Source of the DNA: Candidatus Rokuibacteriota bacterium
GTDB lineage: Bacteria; Methylomirabilota; Methylomirabilia; Rokubacteriales; CSP1-6
Direction of reading: 5' to 3'
NCBI GenBank assembly: GCA_016184305.1
Contig: JACPCX010000179.1
Coordinates: 11,613 to 75,612, forward strand
Length of the DNA: 64,000 bases
In this document: one piece after another, positions 24,957-34,684 of the stretch
How the letters are laid out: every line of letters starts with the position of its first letter
Position numbering within the stretch: position 1 is the stretch's first letter
Translations under genes and position numbers: made by a program
Notes under the pieces: model-generated
Database searches by the model: none
What the model saw: the letters and a program-made list of their open reading frames with translations, nothing else
What the model was told of the DNA's origin: nothing

Positions 24957-25707
24957 GGTCGGCAACACCAACACGGGCGTCGGCGTGGTCGACGGGAGCC
25001 GCCTCGTGGCGTCCTGGCGGCTCACCAGCCGGCGCGAGCAGACATCCGATGAGTACGGCATCTTCATCCAGAGCCTCCTCGCCTCCCGCGCGATCGAGCC
25101 GCGGGAGGTCACCGCGGTGGCCATCTCGAACGTCGTCCCGCCGGTGCAGCAGACGCTGGAGTGGATGTGCGAGGGGTACTTCGGCGTCCGGCCGTTCACG
25201 GTGCAGCCGGGGGTCAACGTGCCGCTCGCGTTCAACGTCGACAACCCGGGGGAGGTGGGCGCCGACCGGGTCTGCAATGCGGTCGCGGCCGTGGCGCTGT
25301 ACGGGGCTCCCGTCATCGTGGTCGACTTCGGCACGGCGACCAACTTCGACTGCGTGGACGAGCGCGGCGAGTTCGTCGGGGGCGCCATCGCTCCCGGGCT
25401 CGTGACGGCGGCGGAGGCGCTGGTCTCCCGCGCCGCGCGACTGTCCCGGGTGGAGCTCGTGGCGCCGCCGACGGCCATCGGCCGCAACACGAGGACCAAT
25501 ATCCAGTCGGGCGTCGTGCTGGGCTACGCGGGGCTCGTGGACGGGCTCATCGAGCGGATGCGCCGCGAGCTGACGGGCGACGTGAAGGTGGTGGGCACGG
25601 GTGGGCTCGCCGCGCAGATGCGGGAAGTGGCCGCGAGTATCCAGACGGTGAACCCGACGCTGCGTCTGGAGGGGCTGCGCATGATCTGGGAGCGCGCGCA
25701 GGGTTGA
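24940..25707 (+). CDS. coaX: type III pantothenate kinase
   Basis: VLLLLEVGNTNTGVG N-terminus and later DFGTATNFD. Overlaps the birA 3' end by 17 nt. Confidence 0.88.
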   Translation: MLLLLEVGNTNTGVGVVDGSRLVASWRLTSRREQTSDEYGIFIQSLLASRAIEPREVTAVAISNVVPPVQQTLEWMCEGYFGVRPFTVQPGVNVPLAFNVDNPGEVGADRVCNAVAAVALYGAPVIVVDFGTATNFDCVDERGEFVGGAIAPGLVTAAEALVSRAARLSRVELVAPPTAIGRNTRTNIQSGVVLGYAGLVDGLIERMRRELTGDVKVVGTGGLAAQMREVAASIQTVNPTLRLEGLRMIWERAQG

Positions 25708-25732
25708 CAGGCTCAGGGGGGGTCCGTATACT
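25704..25732 (+). promoter_or_regulatory. candidate sigma-70 promoter TTGACA-17-TATACT upstream of the IMPDH-like gene
   Basis: -35 TTGACA at 25704-25709 (overlapping the coaX stop), a 17-nt spacer, and -10 TATACT at 25727-25732. It lies in a locally low-GC 130-bp spacer. Confidence 0.45.
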
Positions 25733-25838
25733 GACCGCTAGATACAGTATGACTTGGCAGAACACTCTCTAAATATCGGGTGTGGCGCCGCCGCCGGGGC
25801 GCTCGCCCGGCCCCGGCTACCCGAAGGGGGACCACGGC

Positions 25839-26999
25839 ATGGGGATGTGGGTCGGTCGCGGCCGGAAGGCTCGGGCGGCGTATGGCTTCGATGACATCGC
25901 CCTCGTTCCCGGGGCGGTGACGATCAATCCCAACGAGGTGGACATCTCGTGGGATCTCTGCGGTCGACGCTTCGAGATCCCCGTCATCGCCGCGGCCATG
26001 GACGGCGTCGTGAGCCCGGCACTGGCCATGGAAATGGGCCGGCTCGGGGGCTTGGCGGTGCTGAACCTCGAAGGCATCTTCTCCCGCTACGAGAATCCCG
26101 AGGATGTCCTCGACCGCATCACCTCCGCCAGCCTGGAAGAGGCCACCAAGATCATCCAGGGAATCTACGGCGAGCCCATCAAGGAAGATCTGATCCACAA
26201 ACGCATCACGGAGATCAAGAAGGGGGGCGGGCCGGTCGTCGTCTCGTCCATCCCCCAGCGCGCCGAGCGCTTTGCGAAGATCGCCGAGGACGCGGGCGCG
26301 GACTTCTTCGTGGTCCAGTCCACGGTCACGACAGCGCGGCACATCGCCACCGAGTACCCCCCGGTGGACCTGCGGAAGCTCAAGAAGAACCTCTCCATCC
26401 CTCTCATCGTCGGCAACACGGTGACCTACGAGGCCTGCCTCGAGCTCATGGACTGCGGCGTGGACGCGCTGCTGATCGGCGTGGGGCCTGGGGCGGCATG
26501 CACCAGCCGCGAGGTGCTGGGCCTCGGCGTGCCGCAGGTGACCGCGACCGCGGACTCGGCCGCGGCGCGCGATTTCTACTACAAACGGACCGGGCGGTAC
26601 GTGCCAATCATCACGGACGGCGGCATGACCACCGGCGGGGACATCTGCAAGGCGCTGGCCTCGGGCGCGGATGCGGTGATGATCGGCTCCGCCTTCGCCC
26701 GCGCCCATGAGGCGCCGGGCCGGGGCTACCACTGGGGGATGGCGACTCCCCACTCGAACCTGCCGCGCGGCACGCGCATCCGTGTCGGCGTCGCCGGCCC
26801 CCTGGAGCAGATCCTCTTCGGGCCCGCCTTCACCGAGGACGGCACGCTCAACCTCGTGGGAGCCATCCGGACATGCATGGGCTCCGTGGGTGCGGCCACG
26901 ATCCGGGAGCTCCAGCAGACCGAGTTGATCATCGCACCCTCGATCAAGACCGAGGGCAAGGTGTTCCAGCGCGCCCAGAAGCTGGGCTCCCCTCGCTGA
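25839..26999 (+). CDS. IMP dehydrogenase family protein lacking the CBS subdomain (GuaB3-like)
   Basis: RBS GAAGGGGGA. FDDIALVPG N-terminus and catalytic-loop-like GVGPGAACTSREVLGLGVPQ. About 386 aa, with no CBS insert. Confidence 0.8.
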   Translation: MGMWVGRGRKARAAYGFDDIALVPGAVTINPNEVDISWDLCGRRFEIPVIAAAMDGVVSPALAMEMGRLGGLAVLNLEGIFSRYENPEDVLDRITSASLEEATKIIQGIYGEPIKEDLIHKRITEIKKGGGPVVVSSIPQRAERFAKIAEDAGADFFVVQSTVTTARHIATEYPPVDLRKLKKNLSIPLIVGNTVTYEACLELMDCGVDALLIGVGPGAACTSREVLGLGVPQVTATADSAAARDFYYKRTGRYVPIITDGGMTTGGDICKALASGADAVMIGSAFARAHEAPGRGYHWGMATPHSNLPRGTRIRVGVAGPLEQILFGPAFTEDGTLNLVGAIRTCMGSVGAATIRELQQTELIIAPSIKTEGKVFQRAQKLGSPR

Positions 27000-27057
27000 C
27001 GCGCAGGCGCGGCCTGCCGCCACGGGTCCCGCCCGCAGGGCTCCGCCTGCGTCGGCG

Positions 27058-27300
27058 CCCCGATGAGCGCTTGCGCGAAGAGGCCCAACCGCAACCCGTG
27101 ATCATCCACATTCAAGCGAGATGGTCAGACCCCCGCAGGGGCGAAGAGGCCGAACCGCAACCCGAAATGATCCACGTTCAACCGAGATGGTCAGAGCGCC
27201 AACGGCCCGAAGAGGCCCCAAGGTTGACCCGACGCCCCGATGAGCGCTTGCGCGAAGAGGCCCAACCGCGAGGCGAAGTCATCCACGTTCAAGCGAGATA
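27058..27300 (+). repeat. Family A structured repeat: four tandem copies ending at the guaA start codon
   Basis: Units at about 27058-27122, 27123-27188, 27189-27234 (short) and 27235-27300. They share the CGAAGAGGCC.AACCGC...CCACRTTCAASCGAGAT core and a hairpin whose sequence co-varies between copies. Confidence 0.9.
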
Positions 27301-27301
27301 A

Positions 27302-28843
27302 ATGGACAAGATCGCGATCCTCGACTTCGGCGCCCAGTACACCCAGCTGATTGCCCGCCGGATCCGTGAGATGAGTGTCTACTCGGAGATCATCGCGTGC
27401 ACCCATCCTGTCGAGGAGGTGCTGGCCGGCGGCTACAAGGGGATCGTGCTGTCTGGCGGCCCGTCCAGCGTGTACGAGGACGGGGCGCCCCTGCCCGACC
27501 GGAAGCTCTTCGAGGCGGGCATCCCGATCCTGGGTATCTGCTACGGCATGCAGGCCATGGCGTATCTCCTGGGCGGCCACGTGGTCCCGGCCGAGCGCCG
27601 CGAATACGGTGGCGCCGAGCTCACGCTGGAGGGCACGGGGGAGCTCCTGGACGGAATCGTCCCGGAACGCGGCAACCGGATCACGGTGTGGATGAGCCAC
27701 GGGGACACGGTCATGCGGCCGCCCAGGGGGTTCACGCGGCTGGCATCCACGGCCAACTGCCCGGTGGCGGCCATGTCCGATCCGCGGCGCCGGCTCTTCG
27801 CGGTGCAATTTCACCCGGAGGTGGCCCACACTCCGCAGGGCAAGACGGTGCTGAGCAATTTCCTCCGCGCATGCGGCGTTGCTCGCGACTGGTCCATGGC
27901 CTCCTTCGTGGACTCGGCCATCGAGACGGTCCGCCGGACGGTGGGGAGCGATCAGGTGCTGTGCGCCCTGTCGGGCGGGGTGGACTCCTCGGTGGTGGCG
28001 GTCCTGGTGCACAAGGCGGTCGGGGAGCAGCTGACGTGCCTGTTTGTCGACAATGGGCTGCTCCGGAAGGGAGAGGCCGAGGCCGTTGTCGAGACGTTCC
28101 GTGATGCCTTCAAGATCAAGCTCATCCATGTGAATGCAACCGGCCGGTTTCGCGAACGACTTCGTGGCGTCATCGACCCCGAAACCAAGCGAAAGCGGAT
28201 CGGGGCCGAGTTCATTGCGGTGTTCGAGGAAGAGGCGCGGAGGCTCGGGCACATCCCGTGGCTGGCCCAGGGCACCCTCTATCCCGACGTGATCGAATCG
28301 GTATCCTTCAAGGGGCCGTCGGCGACCATCAAGACCCACCACAACGTGGGCGGGCTGCCGACCCGGATGCAGTTCAGGCTCGTGGAGCCGCTCCGGGAGC
28401 TGTTCAAGGACGAGGTGCGGGGGGTGGGGGCGCTGCTTGGCCTGCCCCCCGAGATCATCTGGCGTCAGCCCTTCCCGGGGCCGGGGCTCGCGATCCGCGT
28501 GCTGGGCGAGGTCACCGAGGAGCGGCTCGTCCTCCTGCGGGAGGCGGATGCGGTAGTGCAGGAGGAGGTGCGTGCGGCAGGACTCGAGCGCGAGCTGTGG
28601 CAGGCCTTCGCCGTGCTGCTGCCGATCCGCACGGTGGGGGTCATGGGCGACTTCCGCACCTATGCCCAGGTCATCGCGCTACGGGCGGTGATGAGTCAGG
28701 ACGCGATGACGGCGGACTGGGCGCACCTGCCCTACGATCTCCTCGGGAAGATCTCGAGCCGCATCATCAACGAGGTGAAGGGCGTCAACCGGGTGGTGTT
28801 CGATATCTCGTCGAAGCCCCCCAGCACCATCGAGTGGGAATAA
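27302..28843 (+). CDS. guaA: GMP synthase (glutamine-hydrolysing)
   Basis: [23 protein letters not shown], the ATP-PPase motif SGGVDSS, and a C-terminal PPSTIEWE. Confidence 0.95.
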   Translation: MDKIAILDFGAQYTQLIARRIREMSVYSEIIACTHPVEEVLAGGYKGIVLSGGPSSVYEDGAPLPDRKLFEAGIPILGICYGMQAMAYLLGGHVVPAERREYGGAELTLEGTGELLDGIVPERGNRITVWMSHGDTVMRPPRGFTRLASTANCPVAAMSDPRRRLFAVQFHPEVAHTPQGKTVLSNFLRACGVARDWSMASFVDSAIETVRRTVGSDQVLCALSGGVDSSVVAVLVHKAVGEQLTCLFVDNGLLRKGEAEAVVETFRDAFKIKLIHVNATGRFRERLRGVIDPETKRKRIGAEFIAVFEEEARRLGHIPWLAQGTLYPDVIESVSFKGPSATIKTHHNVGGLPTRMQFRLVEPLRELFKDEVRGVGALLGLPPEIIWRQPFPGPGLAIRVLGEVTEERLVLLREADAVVQEEVRAAGLERELWQAFAVLLPIRTVGVMGDFRTYAQVIALRAVMSQDAMTADWAHLPYDLLGKISSRIINEVKGVNRVVFDISSKPPSTIEWE

Positions 28844-28877
28844 GCTCGATGAACGCCGCGCGGGGAGCCTGACCGAC

Positions 28878-31800
28878 ATGGGTGGCGCCGACTTCGTTCA
28901 CCTCCACGTCCACTCCGAGTACAGCCTCCTGGACGGGGCCGCCCAGCTCGAGAAGCTCGTCGAGAAGGCCAAGGCGCTCGAGTTCCCGGCGATCGCGCTG
29001 ACGGACCACGGCAACCTCTTCGGCGCCATCGACTTCTACGCCGCCTGCCGGAAGGCCGGGATCAAGCCCATCGTGGGCTCGGAGCTGTACGTGGCGCCTG
29101 GCAGCCGGTTCGAGCGCTCGCCGCAGGATGGGGGCTACGAGGGCGCGAGTCACTGCACGGTCCTGGTGCGTAACGAGACGGGCTACCGCAACCTGATCAA
29201 GCTCGTGTCCAAGGCCTACCTCGAGGGTTTCTATTACAAGCCGCGCGTGGACCGGGAGCTCCTGGCCCAGCACGCGGATGGTCTGCTGGTGCTCTCGGGA
29301 TGCCTGAACTCCGAGGTGAGCAAGCTCCTCTCGAGCGGCGAGGACGCCAAGGCGCGGCAGGTGGCCGGCTGGTACCAGGACGTCTTCGGACGGGACCACT
29401 ACTTCATGGAGTTGCAGTCCCACGGGATCGAGGAGCAGCAGAGGGTGACCGAGGGCACGCTCCGCATCGCCCGGGCGCTCGGCGCCCCCGTGTGCGGGAC
29501 CAACGACTCGCACTACCTCGAGGCCACGCACTCCCGCGCCCACGAGGCGCTCCTGTGCATCCAGACCGGCACCACCATGAGCGACCCGAACCGGTGGCGC
29601 TTCTCCACCGAGGAGTTCTACCTCAAGTCGGCCGAGGAGATGCGCCGGGTCTTCCGGGACCTGCCCGAGGCCTGCGCCAATACCCTGGCCGTGGCCGAGC
29701 GATGCAACCTGGAGCTCGCCTTCGGCACGTTCCACCTGCCGCAGTACCAGGTGCCCGGGGGGCACACGCTCGACTCGTACCTCGAGCACCTGGCGATGGA
29801 GGGCATGACGCAGCGCTACGGCGCTTCGCCCCCCGACGCGGTGATGGAGCGGCTGCGCTACGAGCTCGGCGTGATCTCCCGCATGGGCTTCTCGGGCTAC
29901 TTTCTCGTGGTGTGGGACTTCATCGCCTACGCCCGCCGCCAGGGAATCGCGGTGGGGCCGGGGCGCGGCTCGTCGGCCGGGTCCCTGGTGGCGTACTGCC
30001 TCGGGATCACGAGCGTGGACCCGATCCGCTACGGCCTCCTCTTCGAGCGCTTCCTGAACCCCGAGCGCATCTCCATGCCGGACATGGACATCGACTTCGC
30101 CGACGACCGGCGTGACGAGGTCATCCGGTACGTGGTGGAGCGCTACGGGGCCGACCGCGTGGCGCACATCATCACCTTCGGCACCATGGGCGCCAAGGCC
30201 GTGATCCGCGACGTGGGGCGGGTGCTCGGCTTCTCCTACGGGGACGCGGACCGCCTCGCGAAGCTCGTGCCCGGCTTTCCGCTCAACATCACGCTCGACG
30301 ACTCGCTGGAAAAGTCGCCGGAGCTGGCGCAGATTGTGAAGCAGGACCCGCGGGTGGGGGAGCTGTGGGGGGTGGCCAAGGCGCTCGAGGGGTGCACGCG
30401 GCACGCCTCGGTGCACGCCTCGGCGGTGGTCATCTCGGATGAGCCCCTCATGGACAGGGTGCCGCTCTACAAGGACCCCAAGCGGCCCGAGCTGATCACC
30501 GGCTTCGCCATGGGCCCCATCGAGAAGCTCGGGCTGCTCAAGATGGACTTCCTCGGGCTCAAGACGCTTACCGTGATCACCGGCGCCGTCCAGCTCGTGA
30601 AGGAATCGCGCGGCGTCCTCCTCGATCCCGACGCCTTTCCCATCGACGACGCCCGGACGTACCAGCTCCTGAGCGAGGCGCGGACGCTCGGAGTGTTCCA
30701 GCTGGAATCGCCGGGGATGCGGGACGCGCTACAGAAGCTCCGCCCCGAGCACATCGAGGACCTGATCGCCATGGTGGCGCTCTACCGCCCGGGCCCCATG
30801 GACCTGATCCCGGACTTCGTCAACCGGAAGCACGGGCGTGCGCCCATCACCTACGAGCACCCGGCGATGGAGGAGCACCTCAAGGCCACCTACGGGATCA
30901 TGGTCTACCAGGAGCAGGTGATGCGCCTCGCCGCCGAGCTGGCCGGCTTTTCCCTGGGCCAGGCCGACACGCTCCGCAAGGCCATGGGGAAGAAGGATCG
31001 CGAGCTGATGGCGCAGCAGCGCGAGCAGTTCATCGCCGGGTGTCGCGCCAAGAAGATGGACGCGCGAAAGGCGGAGCGCATCTGGGAGCTGATCGAGAAG
31101 TTCGCGGGGTACGGCTTCAACCGGTGCTTGACCGCGGATACCCAGATCGAGATGAGCAATGGGATCCGAAAGCCCATCACGCAGGTGCGGTCCGGAGACA
31201 TGGTGCTGACGAAGGACGGGCCGTTCAGGGCGCTGGGGGTCCGCCCGAGCGGGGTCCGCGCCGTCGGACGGCTGCGCCTCGCCAACGGCATGGCCATCCG
31301 GTGCACACCGGATCACCCGATCTTCACCCAGCGTGGCTGGGTGAACGCCGAGGACGTGACGCCGGAGGATTTCATCGCGGTGGCGCGCAAGCTGCCGTCG
31401 GGACGTGAAAGCGTTTCGCCCGAGCGCCCCGCGCTGCTGGGTTATGCCCTGTCGGAAGGGTGCATGGGGTACGCCGGCCACTTCTACCTGTACTCGACCG
31501 TCGCCGACGAGATCGAGGACATGCGTCGCACTCTCGCGGTATTCGCGAACACGCTTCCACGCGTCGAGTACCGCTCCCACGACAAGGCGTCCTCGGTGCG
31601 TCCCGTGCGTATCGATCGGAAGGTGCCCTCGGCGGCGGTTCGGTTCCTGTTCGAGGAATGCGGCCTCCAGTGGAAGGGGGCTCTCGACAAGCGCGTGCCG
31701 GCGCTGGTGGATCGCTGGGACCGAGACGCAGTGGCGGTCCTGGTCGGGAAGCTGTTCCAGGGGGACGGATGCGTCCATCGAAAGACGCGCTCGGTCTTCT

Positions 31801-33692
31801 ACGCAACGTCCTCCGAAGGGCTGGCTCGAGATGTCCAGCGGCTCTTGCTCAAGCTGGGCATCTCGTCGACGACCCACACGAAGAGTTTCAAATACCGCGG
31901 CGGCCGGCGCGTCGGCTACACGGTAAGCCTCACGGGGGGGCGACGCACGTTCACTCGATTTCATGACCTCGTGGGCCCTCATCTGGTCGGCGCCAAGCGA
32001 GTCGCCCTCGCGACGCTGGCCGCTTCCTACGCCGGGACCAAGCCGCTTCTGGCTCGGGGACCTGTGGATGTGATTCCCTGGGTCCTGTGTCGGGAGCCCC
32101 TGAGAGAGGCGGTGCGCAAACGATTTCCGAGCCTGAGGGCCGGCAGCCGGGTTCTGGGAGTGGGGTGGCGCCTGTTCTTCGACGATGAGCGGCGGCGGGG
32201 CATCCGGCGGGACACAGTCGCACACCTGGCGCGGCAACTGGACGCCCCGGCGCTCGACGCGCTGGCGGAGGCTTCCGTCGGCTGGTCACGGCCGAGGGGG
32301 TTTGTGGTCGAGAGCTCGGAGCCGACCTACGACTTCGAGGTGCCCGGCGCCAGGAGCTTCATCGCGAATGGTATTGCCGTCCACAACTCACACGCCGCGT
32401 GCTACGCCTTCGTGGCGTACCAGACCGCGTACCTCAAGGCCAACTACCCGGTGGAGTTCATGGCGGCGCTGCTCACCTCGGAAATGGACAAGACGGACAA
32501 GATCGTCCAGCACATGGACGAGTGCCGGGCCATGGGGCTCACGGTGGCGCCGCCCGACGTGAACACCTCGGGCGCGCGGTTCGCGGTCTCGGCGGAGACG
32601 ATCCGCTTCGGGCTGGCGGCCATCAAGAACGTGGGGGCCTCCGCCATCGAGTCCATCGTCCGCAACCGGGCCGGTGAGGGGCCCTTTGCCTCGCTCGCCG
32701 ACTTCTGCATCCGGGCGGATCTCCGGCTCATCAACCGGCGCGTGAGCGAGAGCCTGATCAAGGCCGGGGCGTTCGACTCGCTGGGCGGGACTCGGGCTGG
32801 CCTGCTGGCCTCGCTCGACCAGACGATGGAAGCCGGTCAGCGGCGGCAGCGGGACCGGGACGAGGGCCAGGCATCCCTCTTCGACGCCCCGGCGGGGCCG
32901 CCGACGGCGGACGGCAGCGGGGGCCGAGGGCGCGCGGGGATGACTCCCGGGGCGCCGCAACGCGACATGCCGGAGTGGCCGGCGGAGCAGCTGCTGGGTT
33001 ACGAGAAGGACGTCCTGGGCTTCTACCTGTCAGGACATCCCCTGGAGCGCTACCGTGAGACGGCCCGAGACCTGGGCACAGCCTCTGCGGCTGACATCGC
33101 GTCGCGGCCGGTGGCCTCTCGCGTCGCGCTCCTCGGCCAGATCGGCGCCGTCCGGGAGCGCGCGACCAAGAGCGGCAACCGCATGGCCTTCGCCACGCTC
33201 GATGTGGCCGATGGCGCGGTGTCCCTGACGGTGTTCCCGGAGGCCTTCAAGAGTTGCGGCGCGGCGCTGGGGACCCCGGGCCCGGTGATCGTCAAGGGGC
33301 GCATCGATGAGACAGACAAGGGGAGGGTCATCCTGGTGGAAGAGATCGCGCCGCTCCCATCGGTGCTCCAGGGCGGTGGCGGTGGCACAAGGTCAACGGC
33401 CGGGCGCGCCACGGCCGGGGACGGGAGCGGAGCGCGGCGGCACGTGCATGCGTGCAGGATCCGGCTGCGCGCCGAGGCGCCGGAGGTCGACGCGCTGCTC
33501 GGCTCGCTGAGGCAGATCTGCCAGGAGCATCGGGGGAGGACGCCGCTCTTCGTCCACGTCCTGCTGCCGGAGCAGGAGGTCGTCGTCAAGGCGAGCGGGT
33601 ACCCGGTCGAGCCCGGTCCCGAGCTCGTCGAGAAGATCGAGCGGCTCCTGGGGCCGGACGCCGTCACCGTCGAGTATGCCGGACGAGCTTGA
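28878..33692 (+). CDS. dnaE: DNA polymerase III alpha subunit, interrupted in frame by an intein
   Basis: PHP domain [15 protein letters not shown]. Polymerase core motif ...KFAGYGFNR / [21 protein letters not shown] is split by 421 extra residues. 1604 aa in total. Confidence 0.93.
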   Translation: MGGADFVHLHVHSEYSLLDGAAQLEKLVEKAKALEFPAIALTDHGNLFGAIDFYAACRKAGIKPIVGSELYVAPGSRFERSPQDGGYEGASHCTVLVRNETGYRNLIKLVSKAYLEGFYYKPRVDRELLAQHADGLLVLSGCLNSEVSKLLSSGEDAKARQVAGWYQDVFGRDHYFMELQSHGIEEQQRVTEGTLRIARALGAPVCGTNDSHYLEATHSRAHEALLCIQTGTTMSDPNRWRFSTEEFYLKSAEEMRRVFRDLPEACANTLAVAERCNLELAFGTFHLPQYQVPGGHTLDSYLEHLAMEGMTQRYGASPPDAVMERLRYELGVISRMGFSGYFLVVWDFIAYARRQGIAVGPGRGSSAGSLVAYCLGITSVDPIRYGLLFERFLNPERISMPDMDIDFADDRRDEVIRYVVERYGADRVAHIITFGTMGAKAVIRDVGRVLGFSYGDADRLAKLVPGFPLNITLDDSLEKSPELAQIVKQDPRVGELWGVAKALEGCTRHASVHASAVVISDEPLMDRVPLYKDPKRPELITGFAMGPIEKLGLLKMDFLGLKTLTVITGAVQLVKESRGVLLDPDAFPIDDARTYQLLSEARTLGVFQLESPGMRDALQKLRPEHIEDLIAMVALYRPGPMDLIPDFVNRKHGRAPITYEHPAMEEHLKATYGIMVYQEQVMRLAAELAGFSLGQADTLRKAMGKKDRELMAQQREQFIAGCRAKKMDARKAERIWELIEKFAGYGFNRCLTADTQIEMSNGIRKPITQVRSGDMVLTKDGPFRALGVRPSGVRAVGRLRLANGMAIRCTPDHPIFTQRGWVNAEDVTPEDFIAVARKLPSGRESVSPERPALLGYALSEGCMGYAGHFYLYSTVADEIEDMRRTLAVFANTLPRVEYRSHDKASSVRPVRIDRKVPSAAVRFLFEECGLQWKGALDKRVPALVDRWDRDAVAVLVGKLFQGDGCVHRKTRSVFYATSSEGLARDVQRLLLKLGISSTTHTKSFKYRGGRRVGYTVSLTGGRRTFTRFHDLVGPHLVGAKRVALATLAASYAGTKPLLARGPVDVIPWVLCREPLREAVRKRFPSLRAGSRVLGVGWRLFFDDERRRGIRRDTVAHLARQLDAPALDALAEASVGWSRPRGFVVESSEPTYDFEVPGARSFIANGIAVHNSHAACYAFVAYQTAYLKANYPVEFMAALLTSEMDKTDKIVQHMDECRAMGLTVAPPDVNTSGARFAVSAETIRFGLAAIKNVGASAIESIVRNRAGEGPFASLADFCIRADLRLINRRVSESLIKAGAFDSLGGTRAGLLASLDQTMEAGQRRQRDRDEGQASLFDAPAGPPTADGSGGRGRAGMTPGAPQRDMPEWPAEQLLGYEKDVLGFYLSGHPLERYRETARDLGTASAADIASRPVASRVALLGQIGAVRERATKSGNRMAFATLDVADGAVSLTVFPEAFKSCGAALGTPGPVIVKGRIDETDKGRVILVEEIAPLPSVLQGGGGGTRSTAGRATAGDGSGARRHVHACRIRLRAEAPEVDALLGSLRQICQEHRGRTPLFVHVLLPEQEVVVKASGYPVEPGPELVEKIERLLGPDAVTVEYAGRA
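31125..32387 (+). mobile_element. DnaE intein (421 aa) with a LAGLIDADG homing-endonuclease domain
   Basis: Starts with Cys ([10 protein letters not shown]), has block B CTPDHP, and ends IAVHN followed by Ser+1. Two LAGLIDADG-like motifs ([24 protein letters not shown]). Confidence 0.85.
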
Positions 33693-34629
33693 GTTCGAGA
33701 AACCGATCCTGGAGCTGGAGAACCGGATCGCCGAGATCCGCGCCGCCGAGGGCGAGGCGGCCTCTCGCGACGCGATCGGCAAGCTCGAGGAACGGCTGCG
33801 GCGCCTGCAGCAGAAGGTGTACGGGAGCCTCACTGCCTGGCAGCGGGCGCAGCTCGCCCGGCACCCGAAGCGCCCGCACGCGCTGGACCTGTTCCGCCTG
33901 CTCCTGACCGACTTCGTCGAGCTCCACGGCGATCGTGTCTTCGGCGACGACATGGCGATCGTCGGCGGGCTGGCCGGCTTCGAGGGGGAGCCCGTGGTCG
34001 TGGTCGGGCACCAGAAGGGACGTGACACGCGGGAGAACATCGCCCGCAACTTCGGGATGCCGCACCCCGAGGGCTACCGGAAGGCGTTGAGGCTCATGCA
34101 GCTCGCCGAGAAGTTCGGCAAGCCGGTGATCACCTTCATCGATACGCCCGGCGCGTATCCGGGACTCGGCGCGGAGGAGCGGGGCCAGGCGGAGGCCATC
34201 GCCCGCAATCTCCGGGAGATGGCAGGGCTGCGCACCCCGATCATCTCCGTGGTGACGGGAGAGGGAGGCAGCGGCGGGGCGCTGGCCATCGGGGTCGCGA
34301 ACCGCGTCCTCATGTTCGAGCACGCCATCTACTCCGTCATCTCGCCCGAGGGGTGCGCGGCCATCCTCTGGGGCGACGCCTCCAAGGCCCCGGAGGCGGC
34401 CCGGCTCATGCGCACCACGGCCCCGGATCTCCAGCGGCTCGGCATCATCGACGGCGTCGTCCCCGAGCCCGTGGGGGGCGCCCACAGGAACTGGGAGGAG
34501 GCGGCCGGCAACCTTCGCACGGCGCTCCGCGAGCACTTGCGGCAGCTCAGGCCCAGGAGCCCCGACGAGCTGGTCCAGGACCGCTACGAGAAGTTCCGGC
34601 GCATCGGCGTCTTCGACGAACCGGCCTGA
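33676..34629 (+). CDS. accA: acetyl-CoA carboxylase carboxyltransferase alpha subunit
   Basis: [30 protein letters not shown] and [10 protein letters not shown] motifs. Overlaps the dnaE end by 17 nt. Confidence 0.93.
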   Translation: MPDELEFEKPILELENRIAEIRAAEGEAASRDAIGKLEERLRRLQQKVYGSLTAWQRAQLARHPKRPHALDLFRLLLTDFVELHGDRVFGDDMAIVGGLAGFEGEPVVVVGHQKGRDTRENIARNFGMPHPEGYRKALRLMQLAEKFGKPVITFIDTPGAYPGLGAEERGQAEAIARNLREMAGLRTPIISVVTGEGGSGGALAIGVANRVLMFEHAIYSVISPEGCAAILWGDASKAPEAARLMRTTAPDLQRLGIIDGVVPEPVGGAHRNWEEAAGNLRTALREHLRQLRPRSPDELVQDRYEKFRRIGVFDEPA

Positions 34630-34684
34630 ACGCCCGAAGTTTGACACCTCGCTGGGCCGGTGTTACCGTAAGCCCCAGGAATTT

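Noticed and set aside
25728-25750. LexA (SOS) box, TACTG-N-CAGTA.
   Set aside because: The spacing is CTG-N11-CAG rather than the N10 of the gamma-proteobacterial box, and the downstream gene is not an SOS-type gene. It is kept only as a generic operator candidate.
27060-27085. Hammerhead-ribozyme-like core in family A repeats (CCGATGAG - hairpin - CGAAGAGG resembles CUGAUGA - stem II - GAAA).
   Set aside because: Two invariant core positions differ (C instead of U4, and G instead of A15.1). Copies 2 and 3 of the guaA array replace CCGATGA with GGTCAGA while keeping pairing potential to the 3' arm. No convincing stem I or stem III with a cleavage-site context could be drawn. The resemblance is most likely coincidental.
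26873-27301. 142-aa ORF reading through the guaA repeat array (repeating ...EEAQPQPVIIHIQAR...). Similar open frames exist through the other arrays (44561..44920 minus, 38025..38375 plus). There are also 12-17 codon mini-ORFs starting at the ATG of CCGATGAG.
   Set aside because: Differences between repeat copies fall mainly on first and second codon positions in these frames, so there is no sign of purifying selection on a peptide. The frames are open simply because of repeat periodicity (69 = 23 codons) and high GC. There is no RBS.
34641-34669. Promoter TTGACA-17-TACCGT upstream of miaB.
   Set aside because: The -35 match is good but the -10 is poor. It is plausible but too weak to list as a feature without transcription start data.
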